A program made the position numbers and the translations under genes. Below the pieces are notes generated by a model that saw only the letters and a program-made list of their open reading frames with translations, was not told the DNA's origin and did no database searches. This document shows positions 1-9,775 of a DNA stretch of 26,225 bases, one piece after another. Source of the stretch: a virus (lineage: Duplodnaviria > Heunggongvirae > Uroviricota > Caudoviricetes); IMG/VR virus record IMGVR_UViG_638341087_000002; one strand, given 5' to 3'. Every line of letters starts with the position of its first letter. Position 1 is the first letter of the stretch.

Positions 1-347
1 TGACGCGCCACCTCTTCCACCATCTGTTCAAAACGGCGCAGTGCCTCCGGACGGGCATCATCCTCCGTCATGGCACCGAGAAAATCATTCAGCGTACCGG
101 GTTGAGAATCTTCATACACGGTGATGGTCCCGGCATGTGACGGCGGGAATCCTTCCACCAACAGAATAACGCTGTACTGCCCGTACTCAACGTCCATGCT
201 GTAACGCCCGGCTTCATCCGGATTTTCTGAGGCCAGCGTGTTCACCACCACCGTGGTGCTGTTACGTTTTGCTTTCAGCTGGATTGTGCAGTTCTGTACC
301 GGTTTTCCTGTGCCGTCTTTCAGTACACCTGAAATCTTTACTGCCAT
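1..347 (-). CDS. stf: Side tail fiber protein Stf, N-terminal part (3' end of the gene lies beyond the window start)
   Basis: Reverse-strand translation from the ATG at 345-347 gives MAVKISGVLKDGTGKPVQNCTIQLKAKRNSTTVVVNTLASENPDEAGRYSMDVEYGQYSV..., near-identical to the N-terminus of lambda Stf as I remember it; lies downstream of lom as in lambda. Confidence 0.85.
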   Translation of the reverse strand, partial: MAVKISGVLKDGTGKPVQNCTIQLKAKRNSTTVVVNTLASENPDEAGRYSMDVEYGQYSVILLVEGFPPSHAGTITVYEDSQPGTLNDFLGAMTEDDARPEALRRFEQMVEEVAR

Positions 348-357
348 ATTCACCCCA

Positions 358-384
358 CAAAAAAGCCCGCCTGAAACGGCGGGC
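358..384 (-). terminator. Rho-independent terminator downstream of lom
   Basis: Plus strand has an A-run then GCCCGCC-TGAAAC-GGCGGGC (365-384); on the minus strand this is a GC-rich hairpin followed by a U-run, about 30 nt after the lom stop. Confidence 0.65.
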
Positions 385-411
385 TGTCATAACACTGTGT
401 TACCTGGCTAA

Positions 412-1011
412 TCAGAACTTATAACCGACACCCACGATGAAACCGTCAGTGCGCCAGTCGCCACTGCCGGAGCCTTCATAAGCAATATCAATGGCCACGG
501 ATTCGGTCGGGTTAAACTGCACGCCAGCTCCCCACGCCAGAGACGTGTTGCTGTGGCGACCGTCATCACTTCCGGTCAGCACATCATGCGTTTTCCCCTT
601 GTTGTCAGTTACGCTGAGATAATCCCCGGAGAAAGTCGACACACGGCTGTAAGCCACACCCGCCATCGCATACGCGCTGAACCATTCATTCACGCGCACA
701 GACGGCCCCGCCATTAGGCTGAACCAGCGGTTACGAACGGAATCTTCATGCCAGCGGGTATCGCTGTAACGGGTAAGCTGGCGATTCCTGTCTCCTGCAT
801 AGCTGAATGACGTCACCAGCCCCAGCGTGTCCGTAAACTCATAACGGTATTTCACATTAATCCCGTTCAGATCATCGCTGCCGGGAACGTTCGTCGAGGC
901 ATGAAGATACCCCGCGCTCAGTGTGGACTGATGTTCAGACGCCCATGCAGGCGCACCGGATACGGCCAGACAGATGGCTGCGGACAAAATGGCTGCACAA
1001 ACTTTACGCAT
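412..1011 (-). CDS. lom: Lom outer-membrane protein (Ail/Lom family), signal peptide present
   Basis: 199-aa ORF with N-terminal signal peptide ([24 protein letters not shown]) and C-terminus ...[23 protein letters not shown] matching lambda Lom; sits between J and stf as in lambda. Confidence 0.9.
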   Translation of the reverse strand: MRKVCAAILSAAICLAVSGAPAWASEHQSTLSAGYLHASTNVPGSDDLNGINVKYRYEFTDTLGLVTSFSYAGDRNRQLTRYSDTRWHEDSVRNRWFSLMAGPSVRVNEWFSAYAMAGVAYSRVSTFSGDYLSVTDNKGKTHDVLTGSDDGRHSNTSLAWGAGVQFNPTESVAIDIAYEGSGSGDWRTDGFIVGVGYKF

Positions 1012-1032
1012 AATTACCTCTCGCTTTTCTGC

Positions 1033-1059
1033 AATAAAAAAGGCGCCATTTCTGGCGCC
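1033..1059 (-). terminator. Rho-independent terminator downstream of J
   Basis: Plus strand AATAAAAAA then GGCGCC-ATTTCT-GGCGCC; on the minus strand a hairpin followed by a U-tract, 23 nt after the J stop. Confidence 0.6.
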
Positions 1060-1081
1060 CGTTATTAGGGTTATAAATATT

Positions 1082-4000
1082 TCAACGGATACTGATGCCG
1101 GAAGCCGCTTTTTTGGTCACAATCACCGTACAGTCGGTGATATTGCCTGCCCCCTGATTGCCTTTCTGGTAAATCTTAAACTCCAGAGTGACGCTACCTC
1201 GCCCACTCGGCATATCAATAACCGCACTGTAACTACCGGGAATGGCCCCTTTAGTTTCTCTGGATGCGATTAATACGCCGTTTTTGCGAACTTCAAATCC
1301 ATAACCCGTGTACCTTGTACCTCCCGGATTATTACCACTTCCCGGATCGGTATACGCTATACCGTTAAAAATAATGGGCGGAATAATAATCTGACGGTCA
1401 AAGTTATGATCATCGCTGATGGTGACGGTAACCGTCCCGTCTGGCGTTTCCGTGTTACCCCACGTACCGACTTTTTTCGGGAAGGCTTTTGATACAGCTT
1501 TAACGAAATCCCCTCTGACCTGGGTCGCCTCCAGCATGCCCTTAATCGTACAGTTCTCACTTATCGTGACATTGTTGAGCGTCCCGGAGTTCGCATTCAC
1601 GTTACCGCTGATATCAGCGTTTTTCGCCGTCAGCCGCCCGTCCGGTGTCAGGGAAAATGCCGGTGGATTTCCACCACTGGTAATGGTCGGGGCCGTCAGA
1701 CGCTTCAGGAACACGTCGTTCATAAATATCTGATTGCCCTGCGCCACAAACATCGGCGTTTCATTCCCGTTTGCCGGGTCAATAAACGCGATACGGTTAG
1801 CGGCAACCAGAAACTGGCTCAGCTTGCCTTCTTCCGTGTCCTCCATGCTGAGGCCAATACCCGCGACATAATGTTTGCCGTCTTTGGTCTGCTCAATTTT
1901 GACGCCCCACATGGCATTCCACTTATCACTGGCGTCCTGCCACTCTTTCGAAAACTCCTCCAGTCTGCTGGCGTTATCCTCCGTCAGCTCGACTTTTTCC
2001 AGCAGCTCCTTGCCGAGATGGGATTCGGTTATCTGGCCTTTGAAAAAATCCAGGTAACCTTCCGCATCATCGCTCGCCTGACCGACAGCCTCCACGAATG
2101 CCGATTTGCCAACGGTGTTCACGCTGCGGATATAAAAGTAATAATCATGGCCCGGTTTGATATTGATACTGGCGGCTATCCAGTACATCCCCGTGCCAAG
2201 ATAGCGGGCTGTGGTTTCAACCTGCCTGATATCGGTAATCCGCTTTTCCGAAAACCAGAACTCAAACTGTACCGTCGGATCATAAACCGCAAGATGCGGC
2301 GTGGCAGTTATCTGAAAATAGCCCGGCGTCAGCTCAATCTGTGACGGCGCTGCCGGTGCGGCAATCCGGAACGATACCGATGCCGGATCGCCCTGCTGTC
2401 CCCACGCATTTACCGCCCGGACTGTCAGCCTGTAGTTCCCCAGCGCCAGCTGCCTGAAGCGGTATGCGGTTTCCGCCGCCCGGGCCGTGCTGACCAGCCG
2501 CTCACTGCCGTCATCCGCTGCCACGGTCAGGCGAAGCAGGAAACTCACGCCCTTCACCACCTTCGGCGTGTCCCAGCGGGCCAGTACCTGATACTCCCCG
2601 CTGTCTGCGGTGACTTCGGCTGTCAGGTGCTGCACCGCTGGCGGCGTGACACCATTCACCGTGCCGCTCTGGTCGCCGTCAAAGTGCGCCCCGTTATCCA
2701 CGATGGCTTCTTTCTCCGGCACATGCTGCACTGCCGTGATGGCAAAGGTACCGTCCGTGTTTTCCCGGATGGAGACACAGCGGAACAGGCGACGACGCAG
2801 TGACGGCAGGGAGAGTCCCCATACACCGTATGTCTCCACACCATCAGGCAGGGTGCTGACCTGTATCCGGTCCGGCGCGGGGTGTGCAGTGATGGCCACG
2901 CTCACCGGCTTACCGCTGCCGTTAATCAGGTTCACCGTGGCGGCACCTGTCTCCGGCAGTGTCACCTCACGGTCCAGCGTCAGGGTGCGGCTGGCGGCAT
3001 CGATGGACAGGATACGTCCGCCGGTCATGGTCCCGGCATAGTCGTTATCACAGATTTCAATAATGTCACCGGGTGTGTGACGCAGCCCCTGTGACCCGAG
3101 CGTGAAATCCACCGTCTGCGTTTCCAGCAGTCCGGTCTTTATCACCCACAGCCCGGCACGGTGGGCCTGACCGCGACTGGTGCAGCCGAACGCATCCATC
3201 TTCAGCAGGTTGCGCCCGTAGCGCAGTATGGCTTCCGGGTCTTCCACCAGTTCCGTGGAGGTCTGCCAGCCGTTCTGCGGGTCGACGTAACTGACCTCCA
3301 CCGCAGTATGACGGTCCTTCAGGGCGCTGAAACTGTAGCGGAATCCCACACCTTCATTGTCAGCCACCACATCACTGTTTGTGTAGGGCCACACCACATC
3401 TGACGGACGGTCCTGCACAAACGTCAGCGTCTGCCCGTTCCATACCGGCATACAGCGCATCGCCGAGCAGAAATCACTGAGAACGTCCCACGCCTTACGC
3501 TGTTGTGACAGGTACGCATTAAAGGTCATCCGCGGCTCTGTGCCCCCGAAACCATCCGGGACCGTCTGGTCGCAGTACTGCCCGATGGCATACAGCGCCC
3601 ACTTGTCCACATCCGCCGCCCCCAGACGTTTTCCCATTCCGTAGCGCGGGTGGGTCAGCATGTCCCACAGGCACCAGGCAGGGTTGTTGCTGTATGCCGG
3701 TTTCAGGCTGCCGTCCCAGATGCCGCTGTACGTGCGTTTTTCCGGGTCATAGTTTGACGGTACCTGAATGATGCGACCGCGGATATGGTAGTTCACCGTC
3801 ATCTGCTGACCGCCAAACTGCTCCGCATCCACCTGCAGCCCCACAATCGCCGTGTTCGGGTAGCACTGTTTCACATCGATGATTTCGGTGTATGACGACC
3901 AGAGCGTCTTATTCTGCAGCTGGTCCGTGGTGCTGTCCGCCGTCTCCCTGACCATCCGGATGTTAAAGGGGCGGGGAGGCAGATTATCCAGAATCACCGA

Positions 4001-4495
4001 CGCCAGGTACTGTGAGGTGGTCTTGCCGTTAATGGTGACATCCTTTTCCGTCACCCAGTTACCGTTACGCTGCAACTGAATCAGCAGGCGGACGGATGTC
4101 GGGTTTCGGTCACCCTTTGACGTGGTCTGCACCAGTGACTGCACCCCGAAGGTGACCCGCAGGCGGTCAATGTTCGCGGATGTAATGGTGCGCGTCACCG
4201 GCTTTGCCTTCGTCACTTCCACGCCCAGTGCGGTTTCCGCCCCGGAGGACTCAAAGCCTTCAGGTGGTGTCTGCTCCTGCTCCCCGGCGCGCCAGACCGC
4301 TGTCACACCATGTATCACAGGATTACCGTCCGTGTCCGTCAGCGGGGTTTTGTTCACCAGGATACTCTGCAGCCCCTTCACCGGACCTTCCACCGGTCCC
4401 TCACCGATGGCATCAATCACGCTCATCATCTGCGTGGATTTGAGATTGTCCTTCGCCTCACGCGGTGTGTGCCCCTTGCCGCCACCTTTACCCAC
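1082..4495 (-). CDS. J: Tail tip / host specificity protein J (central tail fibre)
   Basis: Track ORF 1082-4546; high similarity along its length to lambda J as remembered ([17 protein letters not shown]..., ...[41 protein letters not shown]...). Start moved to the GTG at 4493-4495 ([15 protein letters not shown], matching lambda [15 protein letters not shown]) with a GGAG-rich SD upstream. Confidence 0.9.
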   Translation of the reverse strand: MGKGGGKGHTPREAKDNLKSTQMMSVIDAIGEGPVEGPVKGLQSILVNKTPLTDTDGNPVIHGVTAVWRAGEQEQTPPEGFESSGAETALGVEVTKAKPVTRTITSANIDRLRVTFGVQSLVQTTSKGDRNPTSVRLLIQLQRNGNWVTEKDVTINGKTTSQYLASVILDNLPPRPFNIRMVRETADSTTDQLQNKTLWSSYTEIIDVKQCYPNTAIVGLQVDAEQFGGQQMTVNYHIRGRIIQVPSNYDPEKRTYSGIWDGSLKPAYSNNPAWCLWDMLTHPRYGMGKRLGAADVDKWALYAIGQYCDQTVPDGFGGTEPRMTFNAYLSQQRKAWDVLSDFCSAMRCMPVWNGQTLTFVQDRPSDVVWPYTNSDVVADNEGVGFRYSFSALKDRHTAVEVSYVDPQNGWQTSTELVEDPEAILRYGRNLLKMDAFGCTSRGQAHRAGLWVIKTGLLETQTVDFTLGSQGLRHTPGDIIEICDNDYAGTMTGGRILSIDAASRTLTLDREVTLPETGAATVNLINGSGKPVSVAITAHPAPDRIQVSTLPDGVETYGVWGLSLPSLRRRLFRCVSIRENTDGTFAITAVQHVPEKEAIVDNGAHFDGDQSGTVNGVTPPAVQHLTAEVTADSGEYQVLARWDTPKVVKGVSFLLRLTVAADDGSERLVSTARAAETAYRFRQLALGNYRLTVRAVNAWGQQGDPASVSFRIAAPAAPSQIELTPGYFQITATPHLAVYDPTVQFEFWFSEKRITDIRQVETTARYLGTGMYWIAASINIKPGHDYYFYIRSVNTVGKSAFVEAVGQASDDAEGYLDFFKGQITESHLGKELLEKVELTEDNASRLEEFSKEWQDASDKWNAMWGVKIEQTKDGKHYVAGIGLSMEDTEEGKLSQFLVAANRIAFIDPANGNETPMFVAQGNQIFMNDVFLKRLTAPTITSGGNPPAFSLTPDGRLTAKNADISGNVNANSGTLNNVTISENCTIKGMLEATQVRGDFVKAVSKAFPKKVGTWGNTETPDGTVTVTISDDHNFDRQIIIPPIIFNGIAYTDPGSGNNPGGTRYTGYGFEVRKNGVLIASRETKGAIPGSYSAVIDMPSGRGSVTLEFKIYQKGNQGAGNITDCTVIVTKKAASGISIR

Positions 4496-4530
4496 TCTGC
4501 TCCCCTCTCCTGTCTGATGTCTGAATCTGT

Positions 4531-4568
4531 TTATGCCAGAAAACAACAGGCACCCCGGAGGGTGCCTG
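4531..4568 (-). terminator. Candidate intrinsic terminator inside the I-J intergenic insertion
   Basis: Minus-strand hairpin CAGGCACCC-TCCG-GGGTGCCTG (9-bp GC-rich stem) followed by TTGTTTTCT; lies directly upstream of the J ribosome-binding site. Confidence 0.4.
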
Positions 4569-4570
4569 TG

Positions 4571-4690
4571 TCATGACGGAATAAAATTTCTGAAACTCTT
4601 CACATTTCCGGCAATTGCCTGTAGCCGCAATAATGACGCTGCGTTACTTTTTTGATGCCTGAAAAATAACTCCATAACGTTAATCTTCAT
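4571..4690 (-). CDS. Hypothetical 39-aa ORF in the I-J intergenic insertion
   Basis: ATG at 4688-4690 preceded by GGGAGAG SD; translation MKINVMELFFRHQKSNAASLLRLQAIAGNVKSFRNFIPS; flanked upstream by a hairpin and downstream by the candidate terminator. No recognisable similarity. Confidence 0.25.
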   Translation of the reverse strand: MKINVMELFFRHQKSNAASLLRLQAIAGNVKSFRNFIPS

Positions 4691-4735
4691 CGTTCTCTCC
4701 CGCAGCTCCGCTAACTCTGCGGGATTTTTTTATTT

Positions 4736-5416
4736 TCATCCCCGCCCGATAACCACCACTTTCCCGTCTCCGCCCTCATCACGGGTGCTGATGTCCTGGG
4801 ATATCCGTCGTGAACCAACCAGCATTTCACCATAAGGCACCGGCATAGGGTTACCCTGGGCAATCATATTGTCCAGCGACGAAAAATACGTGTTCTGTTT
4901 ACCGTTATCCGTTGCGCGGTAATCCGGTGTTTTTGCCTTCGGTGCCAGCATCTGGGCCACACCGCCCAGTATCATGCTGGCCCCCAGTGAGAACAGCATC
5001 GTGGTGGCAGTCAGCGCTCCGGCACTCAGGGCTGCGCCCCACAACGCCATCGTTGCGCCGGCGGTGAAGAAAGAGCCCACGATGGCTGCTGCCCCCAGCA
5101 CCACCTGAAAAACACCATTTCCCCCGGCCCCTGCCAGCCGCGGTACAATATGAATCACGGCCCTCCCGCTCAGTGGCTCATGAAGACGGGCATACACCGC
5201 CTCCGGCGCGGTATCCTCACCGGCAATACGTATCTGGTACCAGCCTTCGTTCATCTGACCGCGGAATCCCGGCATCTGCAGCGACAGGGCACGGATGGCC
5301 TCCGCTGCCGTGTTCACATACAGGCTGATGCGGCGACCAAATCGTTGTAAATCCCCGTGAAGGCAGATGCGGACCAGTGGCGGTGACGCCAGACAGAATG
5401 CGTTCGTCGTTGCCAT
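4736..5416 (-). CDS. I: Tail assembly protein I
   Basis: 226-aa ORF; strong similarity to lambda I as remembered (ARICLHGDLQRFGRRI..., ...KQNTYFSSLDNMIAQGN...GEM.VGSR...VVVIGR). Confidence 0.9.
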   Translation of the reverse strand: MATTNAFCLASPPLVRICLHGDLQRFGRRISLYVNTAAEAIRALSLQMPGFRGQMNEGWYQIRIAGEDTAPEAVYARLHEPLSGRAVIHIVPRLAGAGGNGVFQVVLGAAAIVGSFFTAGATMALWGAALSAGALTATTMLFSLGASMILGGVAQMLAPKAKTPDYRATDNGKQNTYFSSLDNMIAQGNPMPVPYGEMLVGSRRISQDISTRDEGGDGKVVVIGRG

Positions 5417-6057
5417 TTTTCGGAATACCTCTCCCGTTTACTCAGTTGTTCAGGCAGATGGTGAAGCAGTTCACCGTTGCCGCAGTAAATGGCAGCATGG
5501 TTGGGTACCGATGCGCCAAAGCAGCACAGCAGGATATCGCCTGCCTGTGCCGAGGACAGGGGCACCCGGTAAAAACCAGTGGCCTCCATATTGTCCAGGT
5601 AAAGGTTCTGACCGTTGCGCCACCAGTCATCCTCACGCTCAAAATCCGGCATATCAATTCCCGCCAGATGGTATGCATCCCGGAACAGCGTGTAACAGTC
5701 CGTCACCCCGTGCTCAAAGCGCCGTCCTGTCAGATGTGGCACACAGCGGAATTTATGAATGTCCCCCCGGCAGACCAGCCACCAGGNCAGTGCNCTTTTT
5801 ATCTGCAGCCGCCGGTCNGCCTCGCTCAGCCAGGGCAGNCCACCGGGATGACTGTGGACCAGTGCCACAATCTCCCCCTGCATCTCTGCCCGCAGCCAGT
5901 CTTCCGGTGCAATACGAAAATACGCCTCCGGCTCTGCAGAGATATTCACACANGGNANATACCGCTCCCCCTCCGGCGTTCTCACCACGAAGCCGCACGA
6001 CTCCGCAGGCACACACCGCCGGGTGTGTGCCAGAATCACTGATTCTGTCTGTGTCAT
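5314..6057 (-). CDS. K: Tail assembly protein K (NlpC/P60 plus JAB/MPN-type domains); contains ambiguous bases
   Basis: 247-aa ORF MTQTESVILAHTRRC...IVALVHSHPG...HGVTDCYTLFRDAYHLAGI... matching lambda K; overlaps the 5' end of I as in lambda. Seven N bases (5787-5958) give X residues. Confidence 0.85.
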   Translation of the reverse strand: MTQTESVILAHTRRCVPAESCGFVVRTPEGERYXXCVNISAEPEAYFRIAPEDWLRAEMQGEIVALVHSHPGXLPWLSEXDRRLQIKXALXWWLVCRGDIHKFRCVPHLTGRRFEHGVTDCYTLFRDAYHLAGIDMPDFEREDDWWRNGQNLYLDNMEATGFYRVPLSSAQAGDILLCCFGASVPNHAAIYCGNGELLHHLPEQLSKRERYSEKWQRRTHSVWRHRHWSASAFTGIYNDLVAASACM

Positions 6058-6062
6058 TGGAT

Positions 6063-6761
6063 TTACTGCGAAAGTTTGTTAATGGAAAGGAAACCGCCAA
6101 AATTAGCCACCATGCCGCGCATCTCACACCCGCGCATGCACTTGCTGCATCTGTCCTTACGGATATCGGTGGTGGGGTTGTCGAACTCATCCGCCACCGC
6201 AGGACCGTTATACCCGCATTCATCTCCCCGGTAATCCCACATACAGGTGTTCGCCAGCATGATGCGACCGGGAAACAGCGCCCCGTCCGTCTCCGTCGGT
6301 GTGGCCAGCACAAACGAGGCCGTCATGGCCGTCAGCGATGACATCTGCTCCACCACCCACCGGTCAGTCAGCTCCTGCTCCGGGTCGGCCTCCGGATTGC
6401 CTGCCACAAAGTTCACCGCATCCAGAAAACGCGCATACACCCGGCGGCGGACCACCGTGGCACCCACCAGGCTCTGCAAATCCTCCGCCATCCCGGTGAC
6501 CAGACCAAACAGATTGGACACCGTCAGCGACGGGCGGGCACTGCTGCCCTTTCCGTTCATCTCAAAGCCACTCCCCTCAATCGGGTATGCCTGATATTCA
6601 CGCCCCTGCCAGGTCACCGGCTCCCCTTTTTCATTCAGCTCATTGCAGAAAAAATACCGCTCACCGCCCTGCACCGTCAGGTCGATTTCCCAGAGCACCA
6701 CCCGCGGTGACTGCTCTGACTTAACCGACTCGTTAAGAGTTTCTTCGTGAATATCCTGCAT
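6063..6761 (-). CDS. L: Minor tail protein L
   Basis: 232-aa ORF MQDIHEETLNE...VVLWEIDLT..GGERYFFCNE.NEKGEPVTWQGR.YQ.YPI.GSGFE.NGKG... matching lambda L; ends ...NFGGFLSINKLSQ. Confidence 0.9.
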   Translation of the reverse strand: MQDIHEETLNESVKSEQSPRVVLWEIDLTVQGGERYFFCNELNEKGEPVTWQGREYQAYPIEGSGFEMNGKGSSARPSLTVSNLFGLVTGMAEDLQSLVGATVVRRRVYARFLDAVNFVAGNPEADPEQELTDRWVVEQMSSLTAMTASFVLATPTETDGALFPGRIMLANTCMWDYRGDECGYNGPAVADEFDNPTTDIRKDRCSKCMRGCEMRGMVANFGGFLSINKLSQ

Positions 6762-7090
6762 CAGTTCACCACCTGCTTAAACTCCGCGCTGAACTCAACG
6801 CGCAACATCCCGACCCGCGCAGACCACCCGGCACAGGTCACCTTTATCTGCCGGTATGCATAGGGTGGCTTCCACAAAAATGCCTTCCAGCCCCCGTGCT
6901 CTGCCAGAAACGCTTCCAGATGCCGGGCCTCCTCCCGGGTCACGGAAAGCGTCACCCGGTATGTTTTCAGGTCAGCATTCAGCCCTGCCGCCATACGCTG
7001 TGAGTACCCGTCACCAAAACGCACTTCACGCACCGATGGCTGCGAGTTCACCTCCATATCCGGCTTCACTTTCCAGCGAAATGTTTTCAT
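6761..7090 (-). CDS. M: Minor tail protein M
   Basis: 109-aa ORF between H and L, overlapping both by 1-4 nt (translational coupling), the position and size of lambda M. Confidence 0.85.
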   Translation of the reverse strand: MKTFRWKVKPDMEVNSQPSVREVRFGDGYSQRMAAGLNADLKTYRVTLSVTREEARHLEAFLAEHGGWKAFLWKPPYAYRQIKVTCAGWSARVGMLRVEFSAEFKQVVN

Positions 7091-9741
7091 CGCCCGCTCC
7101 CTGATAACATACCGCCATCACGCAACTGCAGCCGGAGCTCATCCTGCGCCCCCTTGCGGGCCATGTCATACACCGCCTTCATCAGCTGCGGCCCCGCCTG
7201 TCCGTTGATACCGTCGTTCTGAATCACCACGTGATTGTTCTGATTAAAATTAATACCTTCCGCCCGCCGCATCTGCGCCGGACTTCCGGCACCACCCACA
7301 TAACCACCTTCCGCATAGCCGCGCATCAGACGGTAAAGATTCCCCACACCTATCCGGCTGGTTGCCTCTTTCGTGAAAACAAACTCCCCGCGGTGAACTA
7401 TCCCCGCAGGCTCATATTTGCCGCCCGTCCCCGTAAATCCTCCGGTCGCGAAATGGAAGTTCGCCGCCGCAGCCTCAATGGCCGTCCCCGAGGAAGCAGA
7501 TGCACCACCACCGAAAGCACCGCCAATGGCGCTGCCGATACGCCCGACAATGCCCACCATGGCCTGTTTAAGCAGGATTTCTGTCATCATGGACAGCACC
7601 GAACGGGTGAATCCCCGCCAGTCTGCCTCTGCACCGGTCAGCATCGCCGCCATATTCTGTGCAATACCGTCAAAGGTCTGCGTGGCAGCACTTTTAACCT
7701 GCGAAAAACTGTCCGTCGCACTTTCCGCCCACTCGCCCCAGCCGGACTTCAGCCCGGCCATCCAGCTTCCACGAAGCTGCTCCTCCGCAGACCAGGTGTT
7801 CTTCAGTGCCGATGTGGCCTTCGCCAGCGCAGCCGGATTATCACCGTACACGTCCCGAAGACGCTGCGCTTCAGACTCCCGCTGCGCCTGACGGTCAGTG
7901 AGACCGCGGGCTTTTGCGCTGATGGCGGCCTGCTTCGCGCTCTGCTGCTCTTCAAACCGCACCGCCTGCTGTGCCAGCTCATTCAGGCGTTTCTGGTATT
8001 CAACCTTGTCGCCCAGCTCAGCCAGCTGGCGTTTGTACTCCAGCGTCTCGTCTTTATGCGCCAGCAGGGATTTTTCCTGCTCAGATAACTGTCGTTTCGT
8101 GGCAGCCTCTTTCAGGACCGCATACTGACTTTCCGCCTTCCATAAATCACGGCGCTGCCGGCTGATTTTCTCATTCGCACCGCTGTGTTTTTCCAGCGTC
8201 CTGAGCTCAGCTTCAAGGGCAAGCAGAGCCTCTCTTGCCTGCTCCTCTTCCCTCTCCCCGGCAGAGCGCGTTTTCGGTGATGTATGCTTTTTACCTGTCA
8301 GCTCTTCAGCCAGACGGCTGACGGCTTCCTGCTGCCCCGGACCTTTGCTGACGCCTGTTGCACGCGAACGGTTGATGTACCCCATTTCCCCCTGGCGTAT
8401 ACGCGCATCCCGTTCCGCAATGGATTTTCTCAGCGCCAGTTCATCACGTTTTGTTTTCTCAATAAATACGCGGTTCTCTTCTGCCAGTTCACCAAACAAC
8501 GCACCAACGCCGGGCACATTCTTTGTCGTTTCCCAGGCTGACTGAATAAATTCAGCCAGCGCCAGATCCCCCTGCACAAGCAGCAGCTTCACCTGTTCAA
8601 CGGTTCCGGCCACCACGTCAGTGATCAGACTGAGTGCCCCCAGTGTATGATCACCTATCCATGCCCATGCGTCAGAAGTCCAGGTTTTAACATCGTCCCA
8701 GATTTTTTCCACCGGCGTGGCCGCTTTATCAAGTTGCTCCAGACGTGCATTCATGACATCCGCAAACAGGGACATCGCCTCCGTCACCGCAGCCTGTTTA
8801 CCTTTCGTGCGCTCAAGCTCATCAATATGGCGTAACTGGGAAACGCTCAGGAAGTTATACTGCTGATTCAGGGAGGCCAGCGCCTTCACCGGATCTGCTG
8901 CAATCCCTTCAAAGGCTTTTTCCACCTTCCCGGCATCGTCCCCCACCGTCTGCAGCCATCTCTGAGAGGTTTCCCCCATGATCCGTAGCTGCCCGGCGGT
9001 ATATTTCCCGCTTTCTGCCAGACGGGCCAGATTTTCTGCCGCCTGTCTGATACCACCACCGGCTTCATCGCTGATCACCCCGGCCATTTTCCACAATTCT
9101 GCCGTTGTGGTGGCAGCCGCCCCTCCGGTCAGGGTCAGTGAACGCAATAAGGCCCGGTCAGCCTGCTCTGCCTGCCAGGCGGCGGCAGCAAGCGCGGCCA
9201 GTACGGCAACCCCGCCACCTGCCGCCACACGGGCCACCGACATAAATCGTCCCAGCTCACCGGCATTCCGGGCATTTTCAGCCAGTGCATTTGCCGTATC
9301 TGACAGCGACTCCTCTGATGATTCAGAGGCATCCCTGATCCCGAGAAGTTCCTCCTTCAGCAGGGTAAGCAGGCTGAGCGGTCCACCGAATGAATCGCTG
9401 ATCTGCCCCCCCTGCTGCAGCATGATAAGGAAGGGATTCTGACCACCGGCAAGCTGAGTGACAATATCCGTGAACTGTGCGGGCAGTGTGCGCATGGCAG
9501 CCTTATACTGTCCGACTGATATCCCGGCTTTTTGTGCAGCCAGCGCCTGTCGGCTCAGACTCTGCTCAGCAGCATCAGCCTGTTTTCTGAAAGACTGACT
9601 GACTTTCCCGGACATCAAATCAGCAAGCGCACTGGTTTCACCCAGCTCTTTTTTTACCCGCGCTGCCTCTTCAGAAAAACGGGCAGAATCCAGTGTCAGC
9701 ACGGCTGTCAGATCGGCAAAATTACCTGCCATCGTGGTCAC
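7087..9741 (-). CDS. H: Tail tape measure protein H
   Basis: 884-aa ORF; long blocks match lambda H as remembered (LSRQALAAQKAGISVGQYKAAMR.LPAQFTD, LLALEAELRTLEKHSGANEKISRQRRDLWKAESQYAVLKEAA, C-terminal GGKYEPAGIVHRGEFVFTKEATSRIGVGNLYRLMRGYA). Confidence 0.9.
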   Translation of the reverse strand: MTTMAGNFADLTAVLTLDSARFSEEAARVKKELGETSALADLMSGKVSQSFRKQADAAEQSLSRQALAAQKAGISVGQYKAAMRTLPAQFTDIVTQLAGGQNPFLIMLQQGGQISDSFGGPLSLLTLLKEELLGIRDASESSEESLSDTANALAENARNAGELGRFMSVARVAAGGGVAVLAALAAAAWQAEQADRALLRSLTLTGGAAATTTAELWKMAGVISDEAGGGIRQAAENLARLAESGKYTAGQLRIMGETSQRWLQTVGDDAGKVEKAFEGIAADPVKALASLNQQYNFLSVSQLRHIDELERTKGKQAAVTEAMSLFADVMNARLEQLDKAATPVEKIWDDVKTWTSDAWAWIGDHTLGALSLITDVVAGTVEQVKLLLVQGDLALAEFIQSAWETTKNVPGVGALFGELAEENRVFIEKTKRDELALRKSIAERDARIRQGEMGYINRSRATGVSKGPGQQEAVSRLAEELTGKKHTSPKTRSAGEREEEQAREALLALEAELRTLEKHSGANEKISRQRRDLWKAESQYAVLKEAATKRQLSEQEKSLLAHKDETLEYKRQLAELGDKVEYQKRLNELAQQAVRFEEQQSAKQAAISAKARGLTDRQAQRESEAQRLRDVYGDNPAALAKATSALKNTWSAEEQLRGSWMAGLKSGWGEWAESATDSFSQVKSAATQTFDGIAQNMAAMLTGAEADWRGFTRSVLSMMTEILLKQAMVGIVGRIGSAIGGAFGGGASASSGTAIEAAAANFHFATGGFTGTGGKYEPAGIVHRGEFVFTKEATSRIGVGNLYRLMRGYAEGGYVGGAGSPAQMRRAEGINFNQNNHVVIQNDGINGQAGPQLMKAVYDMARKGAQDELRLQLRDGGMLSGSGR

Positions 9742-9775
9742 CTCCTGAAATGTCCTCTGATACCATCAATAACTG

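Noticed and set aside
1082-4546. Track J ORF starting at a TTG at 4546 (1154 aa)
   Set aside because: The extra 17 N-terminal residues have no counterpart in lambda J; the GTG at 4495 with a GGAG-rich SD reproduces the lambda J N-terminus.
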